Below are positions 40,986 through 52,739 of a stretch of 64,000 bases of DNA, one piece after another. The DNA lies in the NCBI RefSeq assembly GCF_030028105.1, contig NC_092389.1, positions 19,579,180 to 19,643,179 of the forward strand, written 5' to 3'. Under the pieces are notes generated by a model. The model was not told the origin of the DNA, ran no database searches, and worked only from the letters and a program-made list of their open reading frames with translations. The stretch is from Mobula birostris. Lineage: Eukaryota. The stretch's first letter is position 1. Each line of letters opens with the position of its first letter. The translations under genes and the position numbers were made by a program.

Positions 40986-41130
40986 CATTAGTCACTGAGC
41001 CATTTCACTCTTAAGAAATTACATTTTAATATTATACCTTATTTATGCTCTGTTGCCAAAGACGTGTGCTATCTGTTTACCATAAAGCTCCAACTTAAAA
41101 ATCTTTTCCCAAAAATATATTTAAACTTAC

Positions 41131-41184
41131 AATCACTGCAGCTTCTCTCTGGTGTAAAAAAATACTGTAACCTGCTCAACTTGC
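41131..41184 (-). CDS. Ig-superfamily receptor, exon 6: first cytoplasmic exon (G)KLSRLQYFFTPERSCSD
   Basis: Acceptor tattttcaaAG, donor GTAAGT, 54 nt, open in phase 1-1, 692 nt below the TM exon. Support is splice signals and phase only. Confidence 0.65.
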
Positions 41185-41876
41185 CTTTGAAAATAGTAAA
41201 TCTTACTAATTCCTGTTGATAATTTCATTCCAAATTTTATGCTAACATCAGAACCAAATTAAATTGAAATCTAGTTTATCTTCTTTTTTGCAGAAAATCA
41301 GTTTTGCAAATTTCATCATCTAGCATGTTTCTTTACCAAAGACTTCTGGAAAATAATGGTCACAGCCTGTTTTATCATTTACAAACCTTCATTTCCCTCT
41401 GACTTGCTGAATCAGCTCTTCAGTATCATTTCCAGTCAAACGCTGAACAATATTACAGAAAACAAAATTTATATCACCTTTCATTCACTTCCTTCAACTT
41501 AATCCAATTAGGACTTTTAAACATTTAGTATCTAACAGAAAATGAGAGCATAATTTCTGTGAAGTCTAAAATAACAGTTTTATCTTTATCAAGGAAAATG
41601 TTACTCATTTTAGCATAAATTTTACGATGACATCAAGAGTACAAGTAATAAAATTTCAAACATTGAACAAGCTCTTCCACAATCCTCTAACTTCAAATGA
41701 TTTGCTTATTTAACAGAGGGAGGTTAGGTCATGCAAATAACCCAAAAATTGAACACACAAAATTGAAAAGCAATGTATAATCATGCAGTCTGTTGAAAAC
41801 CACATCGTTTTCAGCTCACTATTGATGTCAATAGTAAGGTTAACACCTACAACCAATGATTTATTTTAAGATTTAC

Positions 41877-41966
41877 CTTTCCGTTGCCTCTTGCAGATCA
41901 GCCAAAAAAACATTATTGTCATAATGATGACTGTAGTTATGGGGAGCACAGCATAAAGTTGATAAT
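41877..41966 (-). CDS. Ig-superfamily receptor, exon 5: transmembrane exon (Y)YQLYAVLPITTVIIMTIMFFWLICKRQRK(G)
   Basis: Acceptor tatttttcacAG, donor GTAAAT, 90 nt, phase 1-1. A hydrophobic run of about 20 aa followed by a KRQRK stop-transfer cluster. The ORF track shows a different frame here. Confidence 0.9.
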
Positions 41967-42367
41967 CTGTGAAAAATATAATAAATAACAAAATAAAAAT
42001 TCAAGATGTCAACATTTTCACAAAATAAAATGTTTGGAGACATAAAAATAAAATAAAACAAATGCTTTATTCAATTTGAAAGCAGGTTAAATATTTCCAA
42101 CAGTTCTAGAGGGTGTACACATTCATTAATAAACAAAATTGCAGCATTTTAATTTTTAGAAGTTATTTGCCCTACAGTGTAAAAGCATTGTAAGCACTTG
42201 ATGCTTATAGCACTGAATGTGTATTTTAAAATGCAAACAAATATAACAATCATCAACTACTAAGACCAAGAAAGAAGATACAGAATTAATTATTCTGAGC
42301 TTTCATTTCCTGAGATTGAGTCAAACTCAATAAGTACTGTAATGTACACACATGCATGCATACTTAC

Positions 42368-42694
42368 AGTTATTGGTTTCATGATTTGCTTTAATCCAAA
42401 TGCTTGTGTTTCTGCTGCCGTAGTCGTTGTATGCCATGCACCAATAGATTCCCTCATCTTCAGATTGAAAATGTATCTGTACTTTGGCGCAGTTTAATCC
42501 AATATTAGTTTGTAATGTTCCATTTGGACTCTCCCTGACCCTTGTCCACATCACAGTGGAAGCGGGGTTACTCGTCATACAGCAATTCAGCGCCAAGGAT
42601 GAACCGACAACAGCAATGATTTCACTATGGTTGATAGGAAGATAATTATCCATGGTATTCAACTTGTATGTTATTATTGAATCATGTGGTCCAT
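42368..42694 (-). CDS. Ig-superfamily receptor, exon 4: I-set/C2-type Ig domain
   Basis: Within ORF 42327..42785. Acceptor ttttattgttAG, donor GTAAGT, 327 nt, phase 1-1. Motifs (Y)GP, GSSLALNC, SNPASTVMW, EDEGIYWCMAYNDYGS. Confidence 0.93.
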
Positions 42695-44392
42695 CTAACA
42701 ATAAAAGCAATGCATACGTTATTGTAGACCGTAGCAATATAGATACAATTGATGCATGAGTAGACAATAAAAGCAGACTGAGCACTTCTGAAAGGTCATC
42801 AGTTCCAAGGGATCTATGTGTTGAAGATCAAACTACTACCAAAACAAAGTTTTGTAACTAAGGTTTAGACAAAGATAATGTTCTTGCCTATGGATGTACA
42901 GATGTACGGTGAGTGAATTCAGGAGCTTAGCACACCAATCACATGAAAGAAGTTGAGATTCCGCAAGGTTACAGCTGGAAAAATGTAGAGTTCTTGGGGG
43001 GGTTATAGGGCTGTGAGGGGTTTACCATGAGGGTAGGTCATGGAGGAATCTGCCCAGAAGTTAATAGTTCAAAAGTAATAAATCATTGATTTGGAAACAA
43101 TAAAAGTTTTAATTACAGAAGAAGTGTAAGAGTGAAATCTGTTGTGTCATTACATATTGAAAGAGATTTGGATATTCCTTTATTTACAGTAGCATAAAAG
43201 TTAATGCAATCACTTTACAATGCCGGTGATTACTGATTGGGGTTCAATTCCCAACACTGTTTGTAAGGAGTTTGTACGTTTTCATGTTGACCGCAAATGA
43301 TCCATTTCACTGTATATTTTATAGTACATGTGAGAATCTTTCTTTGATCTAATACAAGCTAGCCAGAACAGTTGGCAGAAAATCAAGTCTGCATGCAATA
43401 AAAGACTGGATGATAGATTAGCAGTTGAGTCAAAGTAAAGGTGGAGAGAGGAAATAAAGAGTGGATATAGGGAGTCTCTGTGATGATGTGATTGAAATTA
43501 CATCGAAAGAGTCAAAAGACTGGTCAGTACATTGAATTAGCTGCGTGAGGCAGTGTACATTAATAATATTTTAAAAGTACTTGGGCAGGTACATGGATAA
43601 GAAAGACTTGAAGGGATGTAGGGGAAACATGGGAGTATGGGGCGAGCTTAGATGGGAAACATGGACCAGATTGGCCAAATGGCCTTTTCTGTGCTGTATG
43701 GATTCAATGACTCTTTGTCACTAGGATAAGATGAAGGGCACTGAACTTTAGCAGCAGCCAAAGACAACGTCTTCCCAAGGTTTAACTATTGCAAATCTTC
43801 CAGGGTTGAATCTCGGACAGGCAGTCTCTGAGCAAAGACGTAATGGAGAAATTGTACAAGGTGGTGGTGAAGTAAGTACGCATGTCTGAAGCTTTATATT
43901 TTTTGGATAATGTAAGCAATAGGGGAGGTTAGGTGAAAAACAGGAAGGGGTCATCTAATGATGCATGACCGTGTGGGGGGTGGGGGTGGAGTAAGTTGAT
44001 CTGTGGTTAAAACTTAATGGATCAAAGTGGAACCATGTAGAGACAGCCACACTCACTAGAATGTATTGCAATGTTGGAATTGACCCTTCATAAAAGAGGT
44101 AGTAATGAGTGGGTCAAGAGTCACAGAAAGGATCAACTTTGTGTCCTAGAGATTGGGAAATTTAATGGAGAGCTCTGAAGTATACAACAAGGAAAGGTGC
44201 AAAAGGAAAAAGTGTTGTGAAAAGTGGATGAGTGATCAAAGTAGTGGAATTGGGTCCACAAGCATCAAAAGCACACGTAGGAAATTCAGTTGCACTATCA
44301 CAGACAGCAATATACATCTCAGTTACAACAGGGAATAATGTCGATATAATAAAAGTTTGAAGATTAGCATACACAATGAAGATTATACTTAC

Positions 44393-44695
44393 ACATAACA
44401 TTTAGTTTGATATGGATTTTAATTGGTTGTCTGAAGGTGGCATGATCAATCTGACAGCTGCAAACAGACCCATGGTCTTCCACTCTTGGGACAAGCTTAA
44501 GCTGGCTGGTGACAACAGAAGTGCCGTTATTATTCTTCCACAGAGTTGGTCCAGCAACTTCTGTAAAATTGCTTGTTCCTGAGCATGCCCATGTAAAGGA
44601 GATATCCTCAGCCAACAACCCGTTGCCTGAGCAGTTGAGGACGGATTCATTATCAGCAACCAAAGGACCATCCAGAACAGAAATTTCAGGAGGTT
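44393..44695 (-). CDS. Ig-superfamily receptor, exon 3: C-type (C1/CD80-like C2) Ig domain
   Basis: Within ORF 44364..44768. Acceptor ttctcttttAG, donor GTAAGT, 303 nt, phase 1-1. Motifs EPPEISV, LNC, ISFTW, SQLKL, EDHGSVCSCQIDH. Confidence 0.93.
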
Positions 44696-44864
44696 CTAAA
44701 AGAGAACAAAGCACAATATACTGTATTAAACTATATTGACTGTATCTTACTCTGTCAACAAACTTCACTAATGTATTTTTATGTTAGTGAAGCTTACTCA
44801 CAAATTTGCTTTAGCTTGATACAGAATATGTTAATTTAAAAGAGTTATATCAAATGATTACCAT

Positions 44865-45345
44865 ATAACCATATAACAATTACAGCACGGAAACAGGCCA
44901 TTTCGGCCCTTCTAGTCTGTGCTGAACTCTTACTCTCACCTAGTCGCACCGACCTGCACTCAGCCCATAACCCTCCATTCCTTTCCTGTCCATATAGCTG
45001 TCCAATTTAACTTTAAACGACAACATCGAACCTGCCTCAGCCACTTCTGCTGGAAGCTCCTTCCACACAGCTACCACTCTCTGAGTAAAGAAGTTACCCC
45101 TCATGTTACCCCTAAATTTTTGCCCTTTAACTCTCAACTCATGTCCTCTTGTTTGAATCTCCCCCACTCTCAATGGAAAAAGCCTATCCACGTCAACTCT
45201 GTCTATCCCCCTTATAATTTTAAACACCTCTATCAAGTCCCCCCTCCGCCTTCTACGTTCCAAAGAATAAAGACCCAACTTGTTCAACCTTTCTCTGTAT
45301 CTTAGGTGATGAAACCCAGGTAACATTCTAGCAAATTTTCAAGTA
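44865..45345 (-). mobile_element. CR1 3' fragment in intron 2
   Basis: ORF 44940..45326 (LERRRRRGDLIEV, TRGHELRV) and a (CCATATAA)n tail complement. Confidence 0.9.
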
Positions 45346-46104
45346 AAACAGCCTATTCTTTAGGTGAGAAACATCAAGGAACAAACATATGTTGGAGAAG
45401 TATGATATTACTCCATGTTTATGCTTAAATTGGATTATATACTAAAATATCGCAAGAGCAATTGTTGGATCAAACTCACATGCAGCAGCCCCATGGTCTG
45501 TATTAATTACAAGATAATCTTAATGCACAGTAAGTCAATTCAGTGGGAAATTGATGGGCTTCTGAATTATTCTAGCTGTAAATGTTAATGCAATCAAAAA
45601 ATCATGGCATGGAAGGAGACCGCTGCCGTACATAGGAGCCAAAATAGATTTTAATCTAATTTCCCAGGTTCAAAGCCCTACAGGTACTTATGAAACATGT
45701 TGAGAATTTCACCTCTGATCACCCATTCAGCTGGTGAGCTCCAGACTCTGCCACATAGTCACCTTTTATCAACACTTACTTAATTCTTTTTGGCTCCCAA
45801 GTTACTTACATTTCTGCTGGGATAACTAGATCCTTGCTGTTTTCCTTGTTGCAGAAACTCATAAGTTTATACTCTTTATACTACATCCCCATTAAGCTCC
45901 AAACTGTGTACAATAGATATTTCTTTACCATTGCCTGGTGTCTATTTATAATAATTACTTTCATTTCATTGGATTGTTAATATATTGGAAATGAAACAAC
46001 TGTTGGCTATTTGGAATATTAAATAGAGTGATTGGCATTGGCACTTTTTAATTATTCTTAAAAAGGTAAATGAATGTAAAAGTCACATGAACAATTATAT
46101 AACC

Positions 46105-48060
46105 ATATTATATTTAACAATTACAGCACGGAAACAGGCCATCTCAGCGCTTCTAGTCCGTGCCGAACTCTTACTCTCACCTAGTCCCACCGACCTGCAC
46201 TCAGCCCTTAACCCTCCATTCCTTTCCTGTCCATATAGCTATCCAATTTAACTTTAAATGACAACATTGAACCTGCCTCAACCACTTCTGCTGGAAGCTC
46301 ATTCCACACAGCTACCACTCTCTGAGTAAAGAAGTTCCCCCTCATGTTACCCCTAAACTTTTGCCCTTTAACTCTCAACTCATGTCCTCTTGTTTGAATC
46401 TCCCCCACTCCCAATGGAAAAAAGCCTATCCACGTCAACTCTATCTATCCCCCTCATAATTTTAAATGCCTCTATCAAGTCCCCCCTCAACCTTCTACGC
46501 TCCAAAGAATAAAGACCCAACTTGTTCAACCTTTCTCTTTAACTTAGGAGATGAAACCCAGGTAACATTCTAGTAAATCTTCTCTATACTCTCTCAATTT
46601 TGTTGACATCTGTCCTATAATTAGCTGACCAGAACTGTACACAATACTCCAAATTTGGCCTTACCAATGCCTTGTACAATTTCAACATTACATCCCAACT
46701 CCTATACTCAATGCTCTGATTTATAAAGGCCAGCATACCAAAAGCTTTCTTCACCACCCTATCCACATGAGACTCCACCTTCAGGGAACTATGCACCATT
46801 ATTCCTAGATCCCTCTGTTCCACTGCATTCTTCAATGCCCTACCATTTACCATGTACGTCCTATTTTGATTAGTCCTACCAAAATGTAGCACCTCACATT
46901 TATCAGCATTAAACTCCATCTGCCTTCTTTCAGCCCACTCTTCTAACTGGCCTAAATCTCTCCGCAAGCTTTGAAAACCTACTTCGTTATCCACAACTCC
47001 ACCCACCTTAGTATCATCTGCATACTTACTAATCCAATTTACCACACCATCATCCAGATCATTAATATATATGACAAACAACATTGGACCCAATACAGAT
47101 CCCTGAGGCACACCACTAGACACCGGCCTCCAATCTGACAAACAGTTATCCACCACTACTCTCTGGCGTCTCCCATCCAGCCACTGCTGAATCCATTTTA
47201 CTACTTCAATATTAATACCTAAAGATTGAACCTTCCTAACTAACCTTCCATGTGGAACCTTGTCAAAGGCCTTACTGAAGTCCATATAGACAACATCTAC
47301 TGCTTTACTCTCATCTACTTTCCTAGTAACCTCTTCAAAAAATTCAATAAGTTTTGTCAAGCATGACCTTCCACACACAAATCCATGTTGACTGTTCCTA
47401 ACCAGACCCTGTCTATCCAAATAATTATATATACCATCTCTAAGAGTACTTTCCATCAATGTACCAACCACTGATGTCAAACTCACAGGCCGATAATTGC
47501 TAGGTTTACTCTTAGAACCCTTTTTAAACAATGGAGCAACATGAGCAATACACCAATCCTCCAGCACCATCCATGTTTCTAATGACATTTGAAATATTTC
47601 TGTCAGAGCCCCTGCTATTTCCACACTAACTTCCCTCAAGGTCCTAGGGAATATCCTGTCAGGACCCGGAGACTTATCCACTTTTATATTCCTTAAAAGT
47701 GCCATGGTTCTTTAATCATCATAGTTTCCATAACTACCCTACTTGTTTCCCTTACCTTACACAATTCAATATCTTTCTCCTTAGTGAATACTGAAGAAAA
47801 GAAATTGTTCAAAATCTCCGCCATCTCTTTTGACTCCACACATAGCCGTCCACTCTGATTCTCTAAGGGACCAATTTTATCCCTCACTATCCTTTTGCTA
47901 TTAATATAACTGTAGAAACCCTTTGGATTTATTTTCACCTTACTTGCCAAAGTAACCTCATATCTTCTTTTAGCTTTTCTAATTTCTTTCTTAAGATTCT
48001 TTTCACATTCGTTATATTCCTCGAGCACCTCATTTACTCCAAGCTACCTATATTTATTGT
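46105..48060 (-). mobile_element. 5'-truncated CR1 (RT largely open) in intron 2
   Basis: ORF 46584..47705 has the full set of RT motifs (YADD); 47693..48028 lies upstream in another frame. Confidence 0.95.
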
Positions 48061-48541
48061 AGATAGCAAAAGAAGAAATACAATATCAATTTCAGATATG
48101 ATCTTCACAACTGATTTATGATCCTCTATTAAAATGAAACCACATATAACCTATCAGATCTGGCAAAATTCGCTCAAAACACCAGCACCGATTTACCCCT
48201 ATTTGCTGTGGTTGAAACCTAATGCCCATTTCATAAGCTTTCTCATTGGTTGTGCTTGTTGTCATGTATATTAATGTTTCAGTATATGGCTTGGTACAAA
48301 TGTCACCATGTTTTAACATTATTGTATCAAATAAATGTGCAGTGCAAAAATTGCATATTTGCAGAATGATACAAATGTTTAATCATAAACCTACAGCAGT
48401 GTTTCTTGGCCTGTTATGAATAATGGCTGCTGCCACAGCACAACAAATTTCACTACATATGTCAGTGATAATAAACCTGATTCTGATACTGATACACATT
48501 GCAGAAACTATACTTGTAGAATGACAAAAAAAAAAGTTTAC

Positions 48542-48889
48542 CATAAACCTGTAGCTGTGTTCCTTGGCCTCTTGCCTCTAATGGTGGGTAGACACTGGGT
48601 ATCCTCAGGATACAGGAGTAGCGATTACCAGAGTGACCAAAGGAGACATGTTCAACCTTCAGTGATGCATTACAGTGTTTCAATCCATGCAGACAGGCGT
48701 CAAAGACACAATGCGAATTATTCACTTTGTAAAAAGCATCTGCAGCCCTTGGTGATGTCCTGTACCAGAAAATGATGACCCAGCTATCCTCGGTTGCATT
48801 ATGAGTAAATCTGCAGTTTAACGTGACTGACTCCCCTCTCCCGACACTGACGAGACGCGGCTGGTTCACCTCCAAGAGCACTGGAACCC
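48542..48889 (-). CDS. Ig-superfamily receptor, exon 2: VJ-type Ig V domain
   Basis: Within ORF 48462..48956. TCAG acceptor, GTAAAC donor, 348 nt, phase 1-1. Motifs VNQP, GESVTLNC, IFWYR, ASLKV, YSC and J-like GQGTQLQV. Confidence 0.93.
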
Positions 48890-49328
48890 CTGATGGGAAA
48901 GAAGTAAAGCTTGTCAGATTTGGTCCTAAATTATATGTTAATTTGGGATCCAACATTCTGCCTGAGCTTGGTTTAAATGCACTGAGCGGTTGCAGAGCGG
49001 TGTAGCCACGATTAACTTTGATTCAAGTTCCATGATGGTGCTATACTAACCAAATGTTAACTCAAATACAATTTTAAATTATCGAATCAGCGTCTGGACT
49101 CGCATTCAACGAATACGCAAAACATTTTTCAACCCAAATAAATATAGATTTAATTGAGGCGAAACCTTATGAAGGTGTTCTAGACCTCTGAGTAGAAATT
49201 TTAATCGATTAGCTATCTCAATAATAGACTCGTTCTGTAATGACATTTAAATGCAGAAATGTTCCAAAATTATGATCCTCATCACAGGTTTTTGTTAGTG
49301 CATACATCGTCAGCTCAAAGTAACTTAC

Positions 49329-49377
49329 CCTGGACTAGTGCCTGTAAGAGGAAAAGAAGTTTCAGGAATAATTGCAT
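49329..49377 (-). CDS. Ig-superfamily receptor, exon 1 (signal peptide MQLFLKLLFLLQALVQ-G)
   Basis: ATG at 49377-49375, 16 mostly hydrophobic codons plus 1 nt, then a consensus GTAAGT donor. Phase 1 joins in frame to the V exon. Too short for the ORF track. Confidence 0.85.
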
Positions 49378-49439
49378 CTTTCTCTGATTCCAGCGGTCCC
49401 TATACGGTTTAAACTCTCGGCCCCCTTAACCAGCTCGAA

Positions 49440-49560
49440 GTGTTCGGGCTGCAGTAAAGGATGTGGATGTTTTGCCCGTAAGTAATTTATATGTTCCAGG
49501 CGGAGATCAGCAGAGACTGAGAAATGCCAGAGGATGTGCTGAACGGAGGAAGTTACGTTC
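49440..49560 (-). promoter_or_regulatory. Putative proximal promoter of the Ig receptor gene with ETS and ETS:RUNX-like motifs
   Basis: Repeat-free, relatively CpG-retaining DNA 60-180 nt upstream of the ATG. AGGATGTGG at 49458-49466, a second AGGATGTG near 49531, GAGGAAGT at 49546-49553. Confidence 0.35.
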
Positions 49561-49939
49561 GAGGTGAAGCTTTTCGCTCTCCCCCCTCTTAAATGTTCTG
49601 CTTAGCTCAACCAACAGTGAGATGCTACGTAAATGAAGTGTGGGAAAATGGAACCGAATCCTGTCACAACATCTAAGGTAACTTCTGCTCCGTCAGTATC
49701 ATTTCAATGACCTTTATTGTCAGTTCCGATGGATTATTGTTTTGCATCAAATTGTTTTTATTCACCTTTGAAAATCTCTCACAAAATTTACCTCTCATTT
49801 CCTGCAATTCCACTAGCAAAATCAGTGTGAATAGTGTTTTTTTTAACCTTACTTAACCTTTCTGTGGTCCTTATGAATAAAATGTATGAATTAGCTGCAT
49901 AAACAATGCTGTTTACATATTCATAAACTGCCCTATTCT

Positions 49940-52380
49940 GCCTTCAGGTTTGACCTTCCTAAGTGAATCACTTCACTCTGGATTGAACTCAATCTGCCAC
50001 TTCTCTGCCCAGCTCTGTATCCTATCACTGTCCCGTTTTAACTCTGCACACTATCCACAACTCCACCAACCTCCATGTCATCTGAAAATGTACTAACCCA
50101 TCCCTTCCACCATCTCAACCAAGTTATTTATAAAAACCATAAAGAACAGATCTCTGAGGAACACCACAGTCATCAACCACCAGGAAAAATATGCTCCATC
50201 TCCTACCATGCTCTACTTTATATGAGCAAGCCAATTCTGAATCCACACAGCCAAGTTTCTCTAGATCCCAAACCTCCTGACTTTCTGAGCCTTGCATGGG
50301 GGACCTTATCAAATTCCTTACTAAAATCCATTTACACTACATACACTACTGTACCTTTATCAATGTGTTTTGTCACATCCTCAAAGAATTCATTCAGGCT
50401 TTTGAGGCATGACCTGCAACCCACAAAGCCATGCTAATTATCCCTAATCCAGTCTCCAAGAATTCTCTCCAATAGTTTGCCCATCACTAACGTAACATTC
50501 AAACACAAGAAAATCTGCAGATGCTGGAATTTCAAGCAACACACATAAAAGTTGCTGGTGAACACAGCAGGCCAGGCAGCATCTCTAACGTAAGACTCAC
50601 TGGTTTATAATTCCCTATTACCTTTATTGAACAAAGGAATAACATATGGGTGCCACAGTAGTGTAGTGGCTAGCACAAGCATTAGAGTACCAGAGATCTG
50701 GGTTCAATTCCTAACGCTGCCTGTAAGCAGTTTGTATGTTCTCCATGTGACAACGTGGGTTTCCTCTGGGTACTTCAGTTTTCACCCACAGTCCAAAGGC
50801 GCACTGGTCGGTAGGTGAATTGATCATTGTAAATTGTCCTGTGATTAGGCAAGGATTAAATAGGGCGTGGCTCGAGGGGCCAGAAGGGCCTATTCTGCAC
50901 TGCATCTCAATAAACCAACAAATAAACAAATAAATTTGACAAACTCCAATCTTCTGGTACTACTCTTATGGCCAAAGTTCATTGCCAAAGGCACAGCAAT
51001 CTCTTCCTTCATTTTCTGTAGTAACTTGGGGTATAAGACCAAATGACCAAAAGACATAGGAGCAGAATTAGGCCATTTGGCCTCTTGAGTCTGCTCTACA
51101 TTTCATCATGGTTGATCCAATTCCCTCTCAGCCCCAATCTCCTGCCTTCTCAGTGTATCCCTTCATGCCCTGACTAACCAAGAGTCCATCAGCCTCTGCC
51201 CTAAATATACCCAATGACCTGGCCTCTACAGCTGCCTGTGGCAATGAATTCCATAGATTCAGCACTCTCTGGCTAAAGGAATTCCTTCTCATCTCCATTC
51301 TAAGTGGATGTCTCTCTATTGTAAGGCTGTGTCCTCTGATCTTTGAGCCACCCACCATAGGAAACATCATCTCCAAATCTACTCTATCGAGGCCTTTCAA
51401 TGAGATCCCCTCTCATCCTTCTGAATACTAGTGAGCACAGACCCAGAGCCATCAAATACTCCTTTAATCCTGGAATTATTTACATGAACTTCCTTTGAAC
51501 CCTCTCCAGATTCAGCACATCCTTTCTAAGATAAGGGCCCAAAACTGCTGACAATACTCCAAATGAGGCCTCACCAGTGCTTTATAAAGTATCAATATTA
51601 TATCCTTGCTTTTATATCCTAGTCCTCTTGAAACGAATGCTAACATTGTATTTGCCTTCCTCACCACCGACTCAACCGGCAAATTAACCTCGGTGAATCC
51701 TGCACAAGGACTCCCAAGTCCCTTTGCACCTCAGATTTTTGTATTTTCTCTCCATTTAGAAATTAGTCTATGCTTTTATTTATTCTACCAAAATACATGA
51801 TCATACACTTCCCGACACTGTATTCCATCTGCCACTTTTTTGCCCATTCTCCTAATCTGTCCAAGTCCTTCTGTAGCCCCACTGCCTCCTCAACACTACC
51901 TGACCTCCACCTATCTTTGTGTCATCTACAAACTTGGCTGCAAAGCCATCAATTCCTTCATCCAAATCATTGACAAATAATATAAAAATGAAGCAATCCC
52001 AACACAAAACCTTGGGGAACACCAGTAATCACCGACAGCCAATCAGAAAAGGCTCTCTTTATTCCCACTCTTTGTTTCCTTCCTCCAACCAGCCAATGCT
52101 CTGACCATGCTGCTGTCTTTCCTGTAATACCATATGTTTTTATCTTGTTAAGCAGCCTCACATGTGGCACCTTATCAAAAGGCCTTTTGAAAATCCAAGT
52201 ACACAACATCCCCCGATTCTCCTTTGTCTCTCCTGCTTGTTATTTCTTCAAATAATTCCAACAGATTGTTCAAGCAAGATTTTTCCTTCAGGAAACCATG
52301 CTGACTACTGCCTATTTTATCATGTGCCTCCAAATACCACAAAACCACATTCTTAATAATCCGCTGCAACATCTTCCCAA
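49940..52380 (-). mobile_element. Cluster of decayed CR1 fragments with nested Penelope-like and SINE inserts
   Basis: ORFs 50124..50312, 51128..51400, 51967..52209 and 52175..52477 carry CR1 RT pieces. An 89-bp insert at 50496-50584 has a CTAACGTAA TSD. Confidence 0.8.
50648..50935 (+). mobile_element. HE1/V-SINE-like SINE
   Basis: Head TAGTGTAGTGG...GGTTCAATTCC, V-domain-like core, CR1-like 3' end and (AAATAAAC)n tail. Confidence 0.8.
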
Positions 52381-52739
52381 CTGCGGGTGATAGTAGGGAA
52401 AAATCAGGTGACAGCTGTAGAGGAGAGGGAGCAGTTAGGAGAACCTGTGTAGAGCAGAAGGAAGGAGAGAAGAGCACAGGAATTTTGGCTATCTAAAGTG
52501 TAACAAATTCACTGTTCATACTATTGGATTGTGGATTACCCAGGTGAGGTCAAAGGTGATGTTGATAAAAGTCTGTGTTTATGTTCACCTTGGTAGTGGA
52601 GATGGCAGAGGACATCCCTGCAGTCAGTGTAGGGAAGGGAAGCTGAAATAGTATTAACACTCCTCCTCCGTCCTCCCCCCGATCACTACCACCTGGATAT
52701 TGTAGACTAATACCACACACAGACTCTCATTAAATACAA

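Noticed and set aside
41039-41073. Small in-frame exon (Y)STRLWQQSINK just below exon 6
   Set aside because: It would need an intron of about 57 nt and has a weak GTATAA donor.
41873-42061. ORF-track peptide MFYFIFMSP...QEATER
   Set aside because: Wrong frame. The real TM exon is read in another frame set by the splice phase.
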